Shown in pieces: positions 59,900-64,000 of a stretch of DNA of 64,000 nucleotides (position 1 is its first letter; each line of letters starts with the position of its first letter). The stretch comes from the human T2T-CHM13v2.0 reference genome, Homo sapiens. A program made the translations under genes and the position numbers. The notes beneath the pieces are model-generated. The model did not search any database, was not told the DNA's origin, and saw only the letters and a list, made by a program, of their open reading frames with translations. The DNA is taken from assembly GCF_009914755.1 (NCBI RefSeq), contig NC_060929.1. One strand, written 5' to 3'.

Positions 59900-61169
59900 G
59901 CTCAACATTTATTCATTAATTGGACAGATACTCACTGAGCTTCTACTATGGTGAATTGATGTGCTGGATGCTGAGAATAAAACTTCTATTTGAATGGCAT
60001 GATTCTCTCTCACTGTCCCTACCTTTGAGACAGATGTGAATAAAAAAGCCACACATTATTACTTAATTAGAATGATAAGTGTTATACTATCTATGTGAGT
60101 AGTTGGAGCAAGTTAGTCTAGTGAGAGAGGTGAGTGTTTCAGGAAATTCTCTGGAAAAATTTGTATGTAAGTTGAGACCTGAGAAGTAAACACAACTTCA
60201 TTAGGAGAGAAGAGCATCCTTAGTTCTTTAGTGAGACTGGAAGGTGTGTGGAGTAGAAGCCTTAGAGAGGAGGAGGTGGTGGAAACACATTCTGAAAGAA
60301 GAAGTATTCTAAAGCCAGGCTGGCCAGCAAGGATTTTATATTACCGAATCTTTTGGGTTTTTTTCCATGAGAATACTGTGAAGCCATAAGCAAGGCAGCA
60401 ATATGAGTAGATCTGCAATTAGAACATGATGGTGGACTTGGCCAAGATGGTGAAAACAAACAGAATAGAATTGAAAAATATTTTGGAGTTAAAAATAGGA
60501 GAATTTATCGATTCACTGATTGTGGGTCTGAGGCAAAGAAGATAAAAGTTAAAAAATATAAGAGGAAAAGCAATAGTTAACACTCATAATGCACTTGCTA
60601 GGTACTAATCATTAAGTTTCTCACATGTATTAGTAGATTTAATTTGCACAATAACCATAAGAAGTAGGTGCTATTATTACTCAAACATCATCGATGAGGA
60701 AAGTAAATCAAAGGGTTAATAAATAACTTGCCCAAAGTTGTACGGCCATAGGGTGGTTTGGTTCCAGAATCTATTACTTACACATTACTCCTGGGCTTTT
60801 GGAATGAGAAACTGAGGATGGTGTTGCTATAAACTGGAACAGGGAACATTGGAGAAGCAGTGAATCTGGGTTAAGGCACAAGATGATCTTTGAACAGGTT
60901 GAATTTAAGGTGCCTCTGAGATAGGCAGCTAGAGATGACAGGTCTGGCATTCTAAAGTTGAATATAAACAGAAGATATCATTTTGGGACTTATCAAAGTA
61001 GAAATGATAATGAAAGCCATGAGATGCATGAAAGCATTCAGGATTACAGTATAGAGTAAAAAAAGAAAGCCTATATGAAGTAGAGGAAGGGGTATTGGCC
61101 TCATTGTCTAGGGAGGAACTGCTAGGGTAGTAGAACAATGGGATTATGCTGTCACAAAAAACAAAGAAA
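59900..61169 (-). mobile_element. Degenerate L2 LINE, interrupted by a MIR (~60575-60780) and by the PMCHL retrocopy; appears to resume at ~62734-62780
   Basis: L2-like 3' terminus (atttattcatt...tactcactgagcttctactatg...tgtgctggatgctg), then L2-typical motifs (agttgagacctga, ggaagccataag-like, gttgaatttaaggtgcct, gtcaaggaga). Confidence 0.65.
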
Positions 61170-61364
61170 AAACATAATTTCTTAAATCATGGTCTGTCAC
61201 TGAATCTGGTTATAAAACCTTATCTTGCACTAGAAGGATCTGTAGCTTTTCCAGCTGAGAATGGGGTTCAGGATACCGAATCAACACTAGAAAAGAGAGA
61301 AACTGGGGATGAAGAAAACTCAGCTAAATTTCCTATAGGAAGGAGAGATTTTGACAGTGAGTAG
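61146..61364 (+). CDS. PMCHL2: Unspliced (intron-retaining) PMCHL ORF, 72 aa, ending ...GRRDFDSE*; translation doubtful
   Basis: ORF track 61146..61364; reads through the donor and stops at TAG 8 nt into the intron. Confidence 0.45.
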   Translation: MLSQKTKKKHNFLNHGLSLNLVIKPYLALEGSVAFPAENGVQDTESTLEKRETGDEENSAKFPIGRRDFDSE

Positions 61365-61676
61365 TTTTTCAAAATTCAGTTCTTACATCCTACCATTAAA
61401 CATAACTCTGAGTTTAAGCAAATTTGGATGCAATCATAACAAAATCAAATACGACCATGGCTCAATTACACCTGCCAAAAATGTGGGATTAAGAAGTGTT
61501 TAATTAGTTCTTATCATTTTGGTTTACTCAGAATTAGTTATACTAGATCCATTATTCTTTTTTCTTAATAAATTTTGTGTGATAATTATAGTCCTTTAAA
61601 CAATTTAAACTTTCTTCTTCCTTCAGCACTCAGATGTATGCTGGGAAGAGTCTACCAACGTTGCTGGCAAGTCTGA
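61146..61676 (+). pseudogene. PMCHL2: Pro-melanin-concentrating hormone-like retrogene; spliced ORF 61146-61356 + 61627-61676, 86 aa, no signal peptide
   Basis: Translation MLSQKTKKKHNFLNHGLSLNLVIKPYLALEGSVAFPAENGVQDTESTLEKR-ETGDEENSAKFPI-GRR-DFD/TLRCMLGRVYQRCWQV* contains NGE-, NEI- and MCH-like peptides. Donor A|GTGAGT at 61357, acceptor ttcttccttcag| at 61626, 270-nt intron. PMCH exon 1 is absent, so this is not PMCH. KTKKK and TLRC...QRC fit PMCHL2 rather than PMCHL1 (from memory). Confidence 0.88.
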
Positions 61677-62046
61677 TTCTTTTTTTGATATGGACCTGTT
61701 GGTCCATATCATCTTTTCAGAAGAAAAGCATTTAATTGCCAATGGGAGGAGAAGCCCATAATGTTACTGTAACTTGGGTATTATGTTAACTGTCTGTTTT
61801 AAAAGAAAGTAGCGTTAAGATAGATCAGTAACCAAAATCATAGGCTTTTTCTGTGCATTGAACTTTGTGAAAATGCTGTATAATTTTGACTTACTAGTAT
61901 TTTTGAACAATGCTTAACATACTAACCTTACATACACTCTAGACCAAAATAAGGCATCATAATTTACACCTTAATCTCAAAAATTAAGCATGTCTTTGGT
62001 GAATGGTTTTATATATACATAAACCTAAAACATATAAGACAAAAAT

Positions 62047-62733
62047 TTATGTTTGGAGCCTGTGTTCTGTAAAGAGAAGGTTGATTTGTCTTTTAGCTAT
62101 CGTATTTGGAGTGGAACTATAATACAAATGTATAATATTCTTTTTTTTTTTTTTTTTGAGATGGAGTCTCACTCTGTTGCCCAGGCTGGAGTGCAATGGC
62201 ACGATCTCGGCTCACTGAAACCTCTGCCTCCCGGGTTCAAGCAATTCCCTGCCTCAGCCTCATGAATAGCTGGGATTACAGGTGCCCACCACCATGCCTG
62301 GCTGGTTTTTGTATTTTTAGTAGAGGCAAGGTTTCACCATCTTGGTCAAGTTGGTCTGGAACTCCTGACCCTGTGATCCACCTGCCTTGGCTTCCCAAAG
62401 TGCTGGGATTACAGGCGTGCACCACTGAGTCCAGCCTATATTCTTGTTTATCAGTTCAAAAATGCTCTGCACTGTTTTTGACTCTTTAAAAATAACTTAG
62501 ATTCAAATTTATAGTAGAAGAAAAAAAATCTTTCAGATAAGAGGTGTTCTCCAGAATGGAAGAACGACTTGGCATGTAAGAAATAGCGTCAGTGTCCTAA
62601 TGCATATTGTGACTGTTTGCATATACTTCTGTTTGTAAAAATATCGGTTTTATTTTCAGAGGATTTGTAAGAAACATTTAAATTTTCATTGAAATAAATG
62701 ACAAGTCATACTGTCACTTAAAAAAAAAAAAAA
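62047..62733 (+). pseudogene. Non-inverted 3' end of the retroposed antisense mRNA (PARPBP/AROM 3'UTR = PMCH intron A and exon 2 start in antisense), with AATAAA and poly(A)
   Basis: Reverse complement of 62047-62080 is ccttctctttacag|AACACAGGCTCCAAACATAA, the PMCH exon 2 acceptor and N-T-G-S-K-H codons. AATAAA at 62693-62698, A14 at 62720-62733. Confidence 0.8.
62141..62436 (-). mobile_element. AluS-class element inserted inside the retrocopy
   Basis: T17 followed by GAGATGGAGTCTCACTCTG...CCAGCC; short TSD atattctt (62135-62142 / 62438-62445). Confidence 0.95.
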
Positions 62734-64000
62734 GACCTTTGTCAAGGAGAGTGCAGTCAACCAGTAAACTGCAGATTCTCAGAATGTTTATTGACGTACT
62801 GATTATTCATTCTGTTATACTCTAACATCTGTATATTTTTACCAGTATTCTCAGACCACTTCTACCAAAACATAAATCTGTGATTGTGATCTCTGAAAGT
62901 CAGTCCTTTTATCTACTCAAGTAAGTGCAAATTTTAGAAAATAATTTTCCCTAGAAATATAAGTTGTTCTTTTCTTAATTTATCCACTAACTGTTTAGAA
63001 ATATAATTAGCTTCTAAGATTTGAAAAACGGTAAATTTTAAAAGTCATATCTATTGGTTAAAGTTTAAAATACTTCCAGGAAATAAGCAGAATTGAGTTA
63101 ATGTTAATTTTATCCAACTAATACTTGAAAAGGATCATTGATTTATATTACTGCCAGCTTAAACCATTTTAATTAATGTACTACTAATCATAACAGTGTT
63201 AGTTACAATTTTGTCTTCAAGTACAATAAAGACACATAGATTTGAACTCTTTTGATTATTTTTGGCCTCTTGGTCAATGCCTCATAGTCAAAATTTTAAT
63301 TAAGATTTTGCACTAAAAGTAAAAAGAAAATTGGGATAAAAATGTGCAGTGTGTTTTATTCATTATGTGGAGGCATCTTTCCTATATCCAAGTTTAACTA
63401 ATACTGGTCCTCTACCTGCTTAGATTAACTGGTAAGAATTTTATAAGCATTTCTTACTATCTGTTATAAACCAAAAATGGCAATCTTTCCACATTTTGAC
63501 GTAATAATTTTGAGCTTATTACAAATTAAAATAAAAAATTAAAAACAAATATTACCTTATAAAAATTCAAACGGTATGTATTGAATATTAATTTAAATTA
63601 CTGTTATTAATATTACATGAAATACGCATGTTGTAAAATTTTAAATTACTATCTGGTTAAATAAACTATACATATTCTGTAGAGTCAAATCAGATTTTGG
63701 CAATGTTGTAGAATTTAACTGAATGCCCAGATGGAGGAACTTGATTATATTATATAAAGGGGACTACAATCCTAGAGTTGGACTCAAGCACAAGCATTTC
63801 TCATTATTTTGCAGAAGAAGACACTAAGGTTTTCAGAAATTAAATTGCTTTTTGGAAAAGGTGGGAGATTCTGGGAACATAGAAACTTGAATCCAGTTTT
63901 CTTCAACTCCACGTCAAGACAGTTGCATTGTGTGAGAAAATAGCTACGGCCATTTGTGGTAAAATCACATATATGCAATTATGTGAAACTAATTGTGTAT

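Noticed and set aside
61146-61676. Authentic PMCH gene
   Set aside because: No exon 1 or signal peptide, truncated exon 2, substituted MCH peptide and an adjacent inverted retrocopy block

Overview
Primate (human-type) AT-rich, repeat-dense genomic DNA with no conventional protein-coding gene, tRNA, rRNA or CRISPR. The only gene-derived locus is a PMCH-like chimeric retrogene at ~61.1-62.7 kb. Its residues (KTKKK; DFDTLRCMLGRVYQRCWQV) match my recollection of PMCHL2, which would place the window in the 5q13 copy of the CDH12-intronic 5p14 segmental duplication. The sequence itself records how the retrogene arose: an antisense (PARPBP/AROM) 3'UTR was retroposed into an L2 element with a twin-priming 5' inversion, then an Alu inserted. 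The rest is transposon remnants: a MER4-group ERV, an internally deleted L1 with both ends, MaLR LTRs, a deleted HERV-K-type provirus, an AluYa5, and an Alu tail expanded into (AAAAG)n/(AAAGG)n. I found no previously undescribed biological system; the findings are mechanistic scars and testable details. Repeat subfamily names and reference comparisons come from memory of consensus sequences, not from searches.
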